From contig CAYOQK010000024.1 in NCBI GenBank assembly GCA_964406105.1, positions 27,294-91,293 on the forward strand: a stretch of DNA of 64,000 nucleotides. The letters run 5' to 3'. The notes under the pieces are model-generated. The model saw only the letters and a program-made list of their open reading frames with translations, made no database searches and had not been told where the DNA came from. Source of the DNA: an uncultured bacterium. GTDB taxonomy: Bacteria; Hydrothermota; Hydrothermia; WGAB01. Position numbers and translations under genes: made by a program. Position 1 is the stretch's first letter; each line of letters opens with the position of its first letter. Below, piece after piece: positions 1 through 9,523 of the stretch.

Positions 1-1
1 G

Positions 2-583
2 TGCTCTGCTCCCATCACGCTGGACATCGCCCTGGCTGCCGGCCCTGTGGACATTGTGGCCACGCCCTTTGATGGCGACCCTCCCGATTCCCACGCCCAG
101 GAAAAGCTGGATTTCTCCCAAACCCTGGCGTTCCAAAACTTTCGCATTTATCCCGATCCCCTTGTGTACGAGCACTCGGACATAGACGTAACCCGCGAGG
201 CCGCTCGCCGCGGCCCTCATACCTATTTCACCCTGTTTGACTTTTCGGCCAAGTTTGATCCGGTGCCCACCATCCTGACCCAGAACCACACCCGGGTGAT
301 CCGCGAGTTCTTAGGTCAAGACACGGGATTCCGCAAGGACCGGCTCAAGGACAACGTGGTGATCATGGGCGAGGTCCTGGGCACCCAGGAGGCAAAGTAC
401 ATTTACGGCAACTACGGCAAGGGTTTTTTCAGTTTTCTGGGTGGCCACGATCCCGAGGACTACCAACACTTCATCGGCGATCCCCCTACCGACCTGAGCC
501 TGCACAAGCATTCGCCAGGGTACCGCCTTATTCTCAACAACGTTCTGTTCCCAGCAGCGCAAAAGCAACCCCTGAAAACTTAA
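2..583 (+). CDS. hypothetical protein, C-terminal fragment (gene continues upstream of window)
   Basis: Frame is open from the window start with no in-frame stop and ends at TAA 581-583, one nt before the coaX ATG. No motif recognised. Confidence 0.45.
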   Translation, partial: CSAPITLDIALAAGPVDIVATPFDGDPPDSHAQEKLDFSQTLAFQNFRIYPDPLVYEHSDIDVTREAARRGPHTYFTLFDFSAKFDPVPTILTQNHTRVIREFLGQDTGFRKDRLKDNVVIMGEVLGTQEAKYIYGNYGKGFFSFLGGHDPEDYQHFIGDPPTDLSLHKHSPGYRLILNNVLFPAAQKQPLKT

Positions 584-584
584 C

Positions 585-1343
585 ATGAAGCGCATCCTCA
601 CCGCAGATTTGGGGAACACCGCCGTGAACTTCGGCCTCTTTGAAGGCTCACGGGTGGTGGAAGTCCGGTCCATGAGCACCTTAGACCTCTCCACCGAGGC
701 AGTGCTGGATCTCCTGAGCGACTGGAACGACGTGGACTATGGGGTGTACTGTTCGGTGGTGCCCCATCTGCGGACGGAGTTGGAGCGCGCCCTGCACCAC
801 CTCACCGGCCGTACCCCCTTGGAATTGGTGTACGGCGATCAGATTCCCTTTCGGGTGCACTACGCCAACCCGGTGAAACTGGGGGCAGATCGCTTGGCCC
901 ATGCCTTTTTTGTGCGCCGCAGTGTTCGGAGGAATGCGGTGGTGGTGGATATCGGCACCGCGGCCACAGTGGACTTCATCCTGGGCACCGGCGAGTTCCT
1001 GGGAGGCGCCATCCTGCCCGGCCCTGAGTCTGCCCTGGAGGGGCTCACACGCCGCACCCATCAACTCCCCCGGTTCCAATGGTCAAACATAGAGGGGTTC
1101 GTGGGCCATTCCCCTGAGGAAGCCATGGAAATCGGGATCCTTCGGGGCTTGGAGGGCGCCCTTTTATACATCGTGGCCCAAGGCGAACAGGAATTGGGCC
1201 TCCGGTTCCCCTCCAAGTACATCACCGGCGGGCTGGCCCCCTTGATTCGGCTCCCGGGTTTCCAGGCCCTTCCGTACCTTACCCTGCACGGGCTCAAGGA
1301 CTACCTGGAAGAGTATGCCGAAACCTACCGCATCCCCGACTGA
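585..1343 (+). CDS. coaX: type III pantothenate kinase
   Basis: 252 aa. N-terminal DLGNTAV (DxGNT) motif, GADRLA and VVDIGTAATVD motifs of the Bvg-accessory-factor/CoaX acetate-sugar-kinase fold. Confidence 0.85.
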   Translation: MKRILTADLGNTAVNFGLFEGSRVVEVRSMSTLDLSTEAVLDLLSDWNDVDYGVYCSVVPHLRTELERALHHLTGRTPLELVYGDQIPFRVHYANPVKLGADRLAHAFFVRRSVRRNAVVVDIGTAATVDFILGTGEFLGGAILPGPESALEGLTRRTHQLPRFQWSNIEGFVGHSPEEAMEIGILRGLEGALLYIVAQGEQELGLRFPSKYITGGLAPLIRLPGFQALPYLTLHGLKDYLEEYAETYRIPD

Positions 1344-1353
1344 GCCACCGGCC

Positions 1354-2454
1354 ATGAACCCCCGAAACCTTCCCCTCAAACGCCTGGATCGTTACGTGCT
1401 CTCCCAGTTTTTTCAACTGTTCGTCATCATGGTGGCGGCCGTGATCCTGCTTTTCATCGTCGTCAACTTCTTTGAACGCCTGGACAAATTCGTGGACCGC
1501 AAGGCCCCACCCTGGGCAATCCTTCGGTTCTACTGGTTCCAGATCCCCTATCTTTACGTGCTGTTTTCGCCCGTGGGAGCCCTGCTGGCGGCCTTCTTCT
1601 CCGTGGGGGAGATGGCCCGACGGTACGAGATCCTGGCGGTGAAAACCGCTGGAGTCCCGGTGTATCGCTTTTTGGCGCCCCTGGTGGTGGCAGGGATCTT
1701 GTTGTCGGCGGTGGCCTTCGGCGTCAACGACCTGTGGGTTCCGGAGGCCCAGCATCGGGTACGGGAGATCAAAACCTACGAGCTGCATCTGGAAAGCCCG
1801 CGCACCATCAAACGCCTGCGGGACATGGCCTTTCTGGGCCAAGGCGGCGTGCTGTATTACTTCGGCAAGGTGGTCAACGATACGCTGGCGGTACAGGCCT
1901 CCATCACCCGCTTGGATTCCCTGGAACGGGTGGTGTTCCGGGTGGACGCGGATACCGCGGTGTTCCGACAGGGCCACTGGCACCTGAAACACGGCACCGA
2001 GTTCCGGTTTGAAAACGGCCGGCCCACCCAGGTGACCCTGTTCCGGGCGCGGGCATATCCGGAGTTCACCGAAACCCCAGCCCAGTTTCTAAAGCAACGG
2101 CGGCGTTTAGACGAACTGAACATTCGGGCCCTTCGTCGGCTCATTCACACCTTGGAACAGGCGGGGTTTGATACCAACCGCGAGCAGGTGGAGCTCCAGG
2201 TGCGTTTTGCCTTTCCCCTGGCCAATCTCATCGTGCTCCTGTTCGCCTTGGCCCTGTCGGTGGAAATGCGGGGCCGTGGCCGGGCCTATGGCTTTGGACT
2301 GGCTGTGTTCGTGGCCTTCTTTTACTGGGGCCTTCTGCAGGCCACCCGGTCCATGGCGGGCGTGGGCCAACTGAACCCTGTGTTCTCTGCGTGGTTTCCC
2401 AATTTGGTGTTCCTGGTGGCCGCCCTCTGGGCCTTCCGCCGTGTCCGCACCTGA
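1354..2454 (+). CDS. LptF/LptG (YjgP/YjgQ) family LPS export permease
   Basis: N-terminus LKRLDRYVLSQFF followed by a hydrophobic TM is a classic LptF/G start, with a large periplasmic domain then C-terminal TMs. ATG at 1354 chosen over the ORF-track start 1315, which overlaps coaX. Confidence 0.75.
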   Translation: MNPRNLPLKRLDRYVLSQFFQLFVIMVAAVILLFIVVNFFERLDKFVDRKAPPWAILRFYWFQIPYLYVLFSPVGALLAAFFSVGEMARRYEILAVKTAGVPVYRFLAPLVVAGILLSAVAFGVNDLWVPEAQHRVREIKTYELHLESPRTIKRLRDMAFLGQGGVLYYFGKVVNDTLAVQASITRLDSLERVVFRVDADTAVFRQGHWHLKHGTEFRFENGRPTQVTLFRARAYPEFTETPAQFLKQRRRLDELNIRALRRLIHTLEQAGFDTNREQVELQVRFAFPLANLIVLLFALALSVEMRGRGRAYGFGLAVFVAFFYWGLLQATRSMAGVGQLNPVFSAWFPNLVFLVAALWAFRRVRT

Positions 2455-2510
2455 ACAAAAGCGGCCCCAGGGGTTCCCCGGGGCCGCTCCAAGAGAACGA
2501 TCAACACACC

Positions 2511-4349
2511 TCAGCGCAGGATCACCACACGGGCAGTTTGGGCATGGGAACCCGCCTGCACCCGCAGGAAGTACACCCCTGAGGCAATGGCGTTCAGGTC
2601 TATCGGCCAGGTATGTTCTCCTGGCGGTACAGTGCCCCGGAACCAGCGATAAACCCGCCGGCCAGCACCATCGTAGAGATCCACGGTAAGGGCGGTTTGG
2701 GTGGCCACCCGTACCTGCAACCGGGCTTGCCGGTGGATCACCGAAGGCACGCGGAGGCTCAGGGCCGGTGCACTGGAGCCGGACTCAGCCACCTCCACGT
2801 AGATGAACACGAAATCGTCATCACCTCGGGGCTCAATGGTGTATCCGCCGCCCACGTACCGTACCACGCCGGTGACGCCAAGGGTATCGCCCTCATGGGG
2901 CTGGTACGTGTACGCATCGCGGTTGCCCACCCGGGCGATGCCCGAGCCGTCGTCAATTTCAAAGTAGGGGCCGCCTTCGTTGGGGTTCACCACCCAAGCG
3001 GTATCCACCCGTACCAGCACACCTTCGTAGGGCTCACCCCCACCGCCGGGTGCGAGGGTCCCGGTGGAGATGTCCACGGGTTCGGGCAAGGGGTGGCCGC
3101 TGGAAATCACACGGAAGAAGATCACGTCCACGATCTCGGTCATGTGGTAGTACTCGTACACCGAGCCCACCAGGATCACGGAGTCGCCCATCAGGGGTTC
3201 GTGGTCATAGTCGTACACCATGATGCCGGAGAAGGGCCCGCCTTGGGCCTCTTCAATGTAGTACCAGTTGGAGGCCGTGGAATCCACGGTGCAGATGCCG
3301 GAAACCGCCACCCGGCGGCCCACCCAGTTGCTGGTGCCGGTATCGGTGGTATCGCTCTGCAAGGTGACGATGGACACCAAGCCGCCCCAGAACCGCGCGG
3401 AATCCAGAGGCATAGTGTTCCCCGCGGTATCCTGCACGCCGGACACGAGCAGCAGGTACTCTTCACCTGCCGTCATCGGGGTGGTGGCGAGGTGCACCAG
3501 TTTGGGGTTGGCGGCGTCCAAAGTGGCCGAGACCACCGACACCCCGCCCGAGAGGGTGTAGTTTGCCGGGTTCTCGGCTGAGGTTTCCTCTACCGGTGCG
3601 GTGAAGTACACGTATACCGAGTCAAACCCAATGGCAAAGGCCGTGGAGAGGTGCAGCACGTGCACCTGGATGTCATCGTCGGAGCGGGGTTCAATGCGGA
3701 ACAGGCCGTAGTACACCCGCACGGGTCCCCGCACCGTGAGGTGGTCTCCCAGTTGGGGGGTGTAGGTGTAGTTGCCGTTGTTGCGGATGTACACGTAGCC
3801 GGTGCCATCGGTCACCTCCCAGTCGTTGTTGGGCCCGGAGGTGCTGGTGACATACACGCTGGGGAGTTCCACCAGCACGCCTTCGTAAGCCTCGGCCGAG
3901 TCCGGCGGGTACATGCTGGTGGCCGAGGTGTCCAGATAGCCGCAGTAGATCTGGGCGGCCGGGGGAAGCGAATGCCCGCTGGACACGATGATGGCATCGG
4001 AGGCACTGCTGACCTTGATTTCGGTGTTGCCGTAGTATTCGTCCACCTGGCCGGTGATCACCACAGAATCCCCTTTCTCAATGGGCACCACCGCTTGGTT
4101 GCTGGTGAAGTACACCTGGATGCCGGACCAGGGGCCACCATTGGATTCGGCCAGGAAGAACACCCGAGAACCGGCCACTTCACCTACATCGGAGACGGCG
4201 ATGCCGGTGGTGGTGACCACCTGGCCGATGTAGGCCGAGGTGTCCGACCCGGGCAGGCGGTTCCCCTGGATCTCATGGATCGGCACAAACTCCTGGGCCG
4301 CCAGCCACCCAGGCAGCAAAGCCAGCACCCACATCCACCTTTGCATCAT
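2511..4349 (-). CDS. secreted protein with T9SS C-terminal sorting domain and an internally duplicated two-domain module
   Basis: Signal peptide MMQRWMWVLALLPGWLAAQE. C-terminus GVYFLRVQAGSHAQTARVVILR is a typical Por/T9SS CTD. Two copies of an [IxEIQG...YYGNTEI] + [YEGVLV...G.Y.IEPR.DDD] module resemble the N-terminal domains of ExeM/NucH-type extracellular nucleases, but no catalytic domain is present. Confidence 0.7.
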   Translation of the reverse strand: MMQRWMWVLALLPGWLAAQEFVPIHEIQGNRLPGSDTSAYIGQVVTTTGIAVSDVGEVAGSRVFFLAESNGGPWSGIQVYFTSNQAVVPIEKGDSVVITGQVDEYYGNTEIKVSSASDAIIVSSGHSLPPAAQIYCGYLDTSATSMYPPDSAEAYEGVLVELPSVYVTSTSGPNNDWEVTDGTGYVYIRNNGNYTYTPQLGDHLTVRGPVRVYYGLFRIEPRSDDDIQVHVLHLSTAFAIGFDSVYVYFTAPVEETSAENPANYTLSGGVSVVSATLDAANPKLVHLATTPMTAGEEYLLLVSGVQDTAGNTMPLDSARFWGGLVSIVTLQSDTTDTGTSNWVGRRVAVSGICTVDSTASNWYYIEEAQGGPFSGIMVYDYDHEPLMGDSVILVGSVYEYYHMTEIVDVIFFRVISSGHPLPEPVDISTGTLAPGGGGEPYEGVLVRVDTAWVVNPNEGGPYFEIDDGSGIARVGNRDAYTYQPHEGDTLGVTGVVRYVGGGYTIEPRGDDDFVFIYVEVAESGSSAPALSLRVPSVIHRQARLQVRVATQTALTVDLYDGAGRRVYRWFRGTVPPGEHTWPIDLNAIASGVYFLRVQAGSHAQTARVVILR

Positions 4350-4402
4350 CGTTGAACCTCCTTGCTTGTTCTTCAGGTTCGCCGGCCCGATGGCCGGGCC
4401 TT

Positions 4403-5707
4403 TCAGAATCCTACGCCAAACTCTTGCAACACTTGAACGAATACCTGGGCCGCTCGGCCCTGCCCGTTGAGCTTATGCAACGGGAACCCCAAAAACACCA
4501 CCTGGGCAGGTCCACCAGCCGGATACCGCAGCGACACAAAGGCCGCTGACCAGTTGACCAGATCGGGGAACCGATACAACCCTTCGCTCATGGAGTCGGG
4601 AACGAAGCCTGTGATGTGGGACAGGATCGGCACCGAGAGCCACAGGCTGTCGGGATAGGGGGGCACCGAGGTGACCAGAGGCCAGGGAGGCAACAGGAAC
4701 TTGTCCAGCGCCAAGGAATCGGGTTCGGCCACGTGCAGGTAATCTCTGACGAAGTCGTTGACCGTGGCCCCTACCAGCCGTTGGTTGCTCACATAGAGTT
4801 TTCCTCCCTGGTCCAGGAACTGGGCCAAGGCCCCCTGGGCGCCGGTAAAGTGTCCTCCTGAGGCCCCGGCGTACCACAGCAGGACCTCAAATCCCAGATC
4901 GTTGACCACTGCGTTAAGGTCTATGGGGCTGTAGGGCAGCCCCTCTTCCACCCGCCACACGGAATACAGGACGCCCAGGGAATCCAGCACCTGACGATAA
5001 AAGATCCCAGCGGTATCCCCGGGTTCGTCGTCCACCAACAGCACGGAGCCCACCGCAGGCTTCACCACAAAAGTGTCGGCTCGGACCTCGGACAGGGCAC
5101 CGGCATCGTCCAAGGCACGCACATGGAACACCCGCACGCCCGGGGCGAGGTTTCGGAGGGTTACTCGGGTGGTTTCCGCCGAAACGAAATGGGCAAAGGA
5201 ATCGGCATCGGTATCCAGCCACCAGAAGTACCCTTGGATGGTTTCATCGCCATCCTCGTCGTGGCCTTCCCAATAGAAGGTGACCACAGGGAACACCGTG
5301 TCTTGGGGCAAACTGCCCGGCAGGAACATCACCGTGGGAGGCGTATTGACCACCGGCAACGTCAGGGTGGCCGGGGTAGGGTCCAGGGCCCCCTCGTTAT
5401 CCTGGGCCCACACATACACCGTGTGAAACACGGGTTCAGGGCCGGAGGTGAACACAAAGGTGCTGCAATGGGAAGTGGTAAACCCTCGTTGCTGGGTATC
5501 GTCCACTGCCACGAAAAACCCGATCACCTCGCCATCAGGGTCGTTGCCGTACCAGCATAGGTGTTGCCGAGCCCCGGTGGTGTCCACCGTTCCCTCAATG
5601 AACAGATGGGTTTCCGGGGGTTGGTTGGGGACCGGCTCCGGTGCCGGTACCCGCTGGCACGCAAAGGCAAGCACAAGCCCTGCCAAAACAAATCTCAATC
5701 GCTTCAT
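4403..5707 (-). CDS. lipoprotein with repeated WxGxDxDG beta-sandwich-like modules and a C-terminal class-I-GATase/ThuA-like region
   Basis: Lipobox LVLAFAC. Repeats CWYGNDPDGEV... / YWEGHDEDGDETI.... C-terminal VLLVDDEP...LLWYAGASGG...GGKLYVS pattern. Start overlaps the upstream gene by 4 nt. Confidence 0.6.
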   Translation of the reverse strand: MKRLRFVLAGLVLAFACQRVPAPEPVPNQPPETHLFIEGTVDTTGARQHLCWYGNDPDGEVIGFFVAVDDTQQRGFTTSHCSTFVFTSGPEPVFHTVYVWAQDNEGALDPTPATLTLPVVNTPPTVMFLPGSLPQDTVFPVVTFYWEGHDEDGDETIQGYFWWLDTDADSFAHFVSAETTRVTLRNLAPGVRVFHVRALDDAGALSEVRADTFVVKPAVGSVLLVDDEPGDTAGIFYRQVLDSLGVLYSVWRVEEGLPYSPIDLNAVVNDLGFEVLLWYAGASGGHFTGAQGALAQFLDQGGKLYVSNQRLVGATVNDFVRDYLHVAEPDSLALDKFLLPPWPLVTSVPPYPDSLWLSVPILSHITGFVPDSMSEGLYRFPDLVNWSAAFVSLRYPAGGPAQVVFLGFPLHKLNGQGRAAQVFVQVLQEFGVGF

Positions 5708-7518
5708 TTCACGATCAGAAACTTGGTTCGTTTCACCTGTCCCGTGGCGTGGTCCCGAACCACCACGTAGTACAGGCCCGTGGCCACTGGAAACCCGCGG
5801 TCGCTGATCAGGTTCCAGGCTTCCTCGCCGCTATAGGGATCATCGTGCTCCAGGGTTTTCACCAAGTCTCCAGCGAGGTTGTAGATGTAAAGGGTCGCCC
5901 GCTGGGGTAGGTTGTAGAACCGGATCTGGCGGCCATAGGCGCCTGGAGCATCAAACCGCGAGGAAAGGTGATAGGGGTTGGGGTATACGCCGATTTCTCG
6001 GTCTGGCTCGCTGGTGGGCGGGGTGCCAGGCACCACTCGGGTGGCGTTGTTTCTTAGGGCACTTTCCAGCGGTGGGAGGCCGATTTCAGGATCCCCTTGG
6101 TCAAAGGAAGTGACGGCGTACTCGTACACAAACCCGTTCTTCAGGCCGGTATCCTCAAACCGGTACCAGCCGCGATAGGCGCCGGTATCCACCGTGTCCG
6201 GCAGGCCCACGTTAAAGCCCAGGGAATCCACCCGATCAAACTCCTTCAGCAGGATCCAGGTGGTATCTGGCCAGTGTCGTCGGTACACCCGATACCCTTC
6301 AAAGTCCAATTTTCCGGTGCTGGGGTCGGGGGCGGTCTCTGGGCTTCGGTCCCAGTAGAGGGTGGCCCTGTGGTTCCCAGGGATCACCACCAGGCGTGGG
6401 GAAGGCGGAGGACCAGGGAGAACGTAGTGGGCATCGTAGGCCTTCTGGGCCCATCCGGCGTTTTCCAGCAGATGGTCCAATGATTCCCCACCCACAAAGG
6501 CCACCACCAACTGCACCGAATCCTGGTTAGACAACGAAGCAAAGGGGCCCACGGAGATCATGGAAATGGGATCGGGGTAGCCGTGTTCGGCCACGTACTC
6601 ATCATCCACATCTGGATCACGTAGAGTGTCGCTCAGGAGCTGGTAGCGTTGGATGTCCGACACCGAACCGGTCATGTCTTGCCAGGACCACCACTGGAAA
6701 CCCACCTGCAGAGAATCCAGGGGAATTCGGTGGTCATTGAACGCCACCCCCAGGAGTTTGAGCCCAATATACTGGGTGGCCACGGTGTCAAAGCCGTCGT
6801 TCCGCTCGTAAATGAGGTGCAAGGAATCCAGGTACACCAAACGTTTGTGCTGAAAGAAGGGGGTTCGGCCGAACTGGTCGCCCCAGAACTCCCGGTTACC
6901 AGTGACCAATTCGGCGTACATGCCCAAGAAGAGATCCAGGAGCAGCCCCAGGCCCGTGTAGTGAACGGTGTAGGTAACGATTACGAAATCGTCGGCAAAG
7001 GGGTAACTCCAGGCATAACTGCGGAGATCCACCTTCAGGTGCAGCGGGGTGTGGTTGGGTACAGGTTGGAGATCGTCGTAGAAGGTGGCCAAGAAATCCT
7101 CCTCGGAGACGGCCTCAGGTGAGTAGTAGGGAGAGGTCAACAGGCTGGAGCGGATGCGTATGGTGTCGCTATCTGCTGGGGTGGGGTAAAACTCAAAGCC
7201 CTCAGAGCCTGCGGTGGCGCTGGTGGCGTCCACCACGCCGGTGGTCACCAGGGTATCGCCCTCGGTGGTCACCGCACCCACCCAAAGGCCTCCCCGATAC
7301 AGGTGTTCGGTACCCGACCCCCGGGGGTACTCCAAGGAGGGCAAGGGGTCGCCGGTGGCAGGGTCATACACCCGGAACCCGTTGCCCAGCATGCCAAAGT
7401 TGGTAATGGTCAACGACAGGTTGCCCACCCGGGTGTAGTGGGTGATGTCGGTTTTTGCGACCAGAGGGGCCACAACGAGGCCCACTCCGACGAAAACGGG
7501 CCAGAGGCGTCGGATCAC
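5704..7518 (-). CDS. secreted protein with T9SS C-terminal sorting domain
   Basis: 604 aa. N-terminal hydrophobic signal. C-terminus GLYYVVVRDHATGQVKRTKFLIVK matches the T9SS CTD. Has an FN3-like internal region. 4-nt overlaps on both sides indicate operon coupling. Confidence 0.7.
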   Translation of the reverse strand: MIRRLWPVFVGVGLVVAPLVAKTDITHYTRVGNLSLTITNFGMLGNGFRVYDPATGDPLPSLEYPRGSGTEHLYRGGLWVGAVTTEGDTLVTTGVVDATSATAGSEGFEFYPTPADSDTIRIRSSLLTSPYYSPEAVSEEDFLATFYDDLQPVPNHTPLHLKVDLRSYAWSYPFADDFVIVTYTVHYTGLGLLLDLFLGMYAELVTGNREFWGDQFGRTPFFQHKRLVYLDSLHLIYERNDGFDTVATQYIGLKLLGVAFNDHRIPLDSLQVGFQWWSWQDMTGSVSDIQRYQLLSDTLRDPDVDDEYVAEHGYPDPISMISVGPFASLSNQDSVQLVVAFVGGESLDHLLENAGWAQKAYDAHYVLPGPPPSPRLVVIPGNHRATLYWDRSPETAPDPSTGKLDFEGYRVYRRHWPDTTWILLKEFDRVDSLGFNVGLPDTVDTGAYRGWYRFEDTGLKNGFVYEYAVTSFDQGDPEIGLPPLESALRNNATRVVPGTPPTSEPDREIGVYPNPYHLSSRFDAPGAYGRQIRFYNLPQRATLYIYNLAGDLVKTLEHDDPYSGEEAWNLISDRGFPVATGLYYVVVRDHATGQVKRTKFLIVK

Positions 7519-8528
7519 GGTTCACCTCCCTCGCTTCCTGGCCGCACCGGTCGGATGTACTTTTCCAGCCATTCTCCCTGGGGGCTTTGGAAGGCGATGT
7601 ACAGGGTCATGCCGTCGGGGGTGGTGGCACAGGACACCGGCCGGGCCATGGAGTCATCCGGGTGCCGGGTTTCCACGACGAAGGCGCCGGTAGATCCAAA
7701 CTTCTGCACCCGGTGGTTGCCGTAATCGGCCACGTACACCGCCCCGGAGGTGTCCACCGAAACGTCCACGGGCTGCAGGAAATAGCCAGGCAGGGTGTCG
7801 CCCTCGTGTGAGGTTCCGCCCAGGTGCAGGAGATTCACGCGGGGCGTATCCACGGAGATGGCCTCCACCCAGTTGTGGCCGGTGCTGGCGACATACACCG
7901 CTCCCTGGTGGTAAAACAGGCCGCGGGGATCCTCCACGTTGAGGATCCCTGAGCCTGGGCCTGCCAGGGTGTCCAACAGGTTTCCAGAGGTATCACACAC
8001 CAGCACCAGGTCCAGGTTTCGCACCGACAGGTACAGGCGATGCTGATCGTCCACGGTGAGGCCCCCGGGCACCAACTGCTGCCACAGGGTATCGGGCTGG
8101 CCGTTGACGGTATCCACCCGTTGGACCAGCCACCGGTCAATGGCAAAGGCCGCCACAGGGGTACCTCCCAGGGAAAAGCCTCGGATCTCTTGTTGGGCGG
8201 AGTCCACCACCCACAGGGTGAAATCCGGGGCTTGGGCCACCGCCACAGGTGTTTCCAAGCCTTCAAAGGCTACCGAGGACGGGACCCCGTTGGTGAAGAA
8301 CCTGCGGAGCCCTTGCTGATCCACCACGTAAAGAAAGCCGTCTCGTCCCAGGTACAGATCGCGAACCCCCTGCACCTCCAGGGGCACTTCGGGCCAGCCT
8401 TCCACCCGTACATAGGAGGATTCCGGGGGCATTCCGGTGTTCCCCACCGGAGGCAGCGGGTACTTTCGGCCGCACCCCAGCATCAGCAGGGTTGCCCATG
8501 TGATGAGGCCCAGGGTTCCCGTTCTCAT
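7515..8528 (-). CDS. NHL-repeat lipoprotein (six-bladed beta-propeller)
   Basis: Lipobox LMLGCG. Repeated YVAD.GNHRVQKF-type NHL motifs (VYVADYGNHRVQKF, LYLSVRNLD, LYVVDQQ). Confidence 0.65.
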   Translation of the reverse strand: MRTGTLGLITWATLLMLGCGRKYPLPPVGNTGMPPESSYVRVEGWPEVPLEVQGVRDLYLGRDGFLYVVDQQGLRRFFTNGVPSSVAFEGLETPVAVAQAPDFTLWVVDSAQQEIRGFSLGGTPVAAFAIDRWLVQRVDTVNGQPDTLWQQLVPGGLTVDDQHRLYLSVRNLDLVLVCDTSGNLLDTLAGPGSGILNVEDPRGLFYHQGAVYVASTGHNWVEAISVDTPRVNLLHLGGTSHEGDTLPGYFLQPVDVSVDTSGAVYVADYGNHRVQKFGSTGAFVVETRHPDDSMARPVSCATTPDGMTLYIAFQSPQGEWLEKYIRPVRPGSEGGEP

Positions 8529-9523
8529 CTTACCTCCAGGCTGATCCGGTCCACGTCGCCCAGGTATCCCATACCGGTACGGGCGTAATCAAAGGCGATC
8601 TGGTGTCCGCCCACCGACACCCGAACCCCAAAGCCCAGGCTTAGGCCTGAGGGCAGGGTTTCTCTACCTGGTCCTCGGCCGTTCAGTTGGTACCCGGCCC
8701 GAAGGAACAGTTTGTGGGCCACCGTGTATTCGGCTCCCAACCGGAAGGTTTCCATGAAGTCTGAGGGCTTTTCCAGTTGCAGGGCCAGGAGCAACGACCG
8801 CGTTGCGTATCCGGAAACCCCCATGCGATACACCACGGGCAAGGCAAAGGCTTGGTACATGGAGCCATCTTGGGGACGAACATCCGGGCCGATGTTGCTC
8901 AGGGCCACGCCCACTTGGATGCCTCGGTACCCCACATCGTACAGGGTGCCAAGATCCAGCGCCACGCCGAAGGTTCGGGTTACGTAAAGGTCTTCGCCGA
9001 GCACCTTGAGGTTCACTCCGAAGGAAAAGCGATCGCTGATCCGGAGGGCATAGTTCAGGCCAGCGAGGTAATCGCCGTAGCGGAAATACTCGCCGGTGCC
9101 TTCGGGGTGGTACTCGTCGGTCACCCGCATGGGATCGGTGCCCAGGTAGCCCACGAAGAGGCCCCAGGCACTCCCCTGTCGCCAGGGTTGGGCCCAAGCG
9201 ACAAAGGTGTACTGCACATCTACAGGCCACAGAGCGTGCGATGCTCCAGCCACAGGTCCCCTCAGGAAGCCGATCCCTGCGGGATTCCAGTAGGGGGCGG
9301 TCGCGTCGGTAGCCTGGGAAACGTAAGCCCCACCCAAGCCTACGGCCCGTGCGCCCACACCGATCTTGAGGAAGGCGAAGGCGGTGGTTCCCACCTTTTG
9401 GCCTCCCAGGATTTCAAAGAACCCGGCATTCAGGGGTGGGGTAAGGAACCCGATCGCGAGGCAAAGCCCCCACCACCAAGCCCAGAAGTGTTGCCGTGTG
9501 TTGTTTTGCATACCGCTCCTCAA
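8525..9523 (-). CDS. PorV/PorQ-family (FadL-like) outer-membrane beta-barrel protein
   Basis: 332 aa. N-terminal motif FLKIGVGARAVGLGGAYVSQATDATAPYWNPAGIGF resembles the PorV signature (ARAAGMGGA...WNPA). Alternating amphipathic beta-strands throughout. Confidence 0.6.
   Translation of the reverse strand: MRSGMQNNTRQHFWAWWWGLCLAIGFLTPPLNAGFFEILGGQKVGTTAFAFLKIGVGARAVGLGGAYVSQATDATAPYWNPAGIGFLRGPVAGASHALWPVDVQYTFVAWAQPWRQGSAWGLFVGYLGTDPMRVTDEYHPEGTGEYFRYGDYLAGLNYALRISDRFSFGVNLKVLGEDLYVTRTFGVALDLGTLYDVGYRGIQVGVALSNIGPDVRPQDGSMYQAFALPVVYRMGVSGYATRSLLLALQLEKPSDFMETFRLGAEYTVAHKLFLRAGYQLNGRGPGRETLPSGLSLGFGVRVSVGGHQIAFDYARTGMGYLGDVDRISLEVR

Noticed and set aside
2613-3581. 322-aa plus-strand ORF inside the minus-strand T9SS cargo gene
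   Set aside because: Gly/His/Val-rich low-complexity translation typical of antisense shadow ORFs in GC-rich DNA. The opposite strand carries a coherent secreted protein with signal peptide and CTD.
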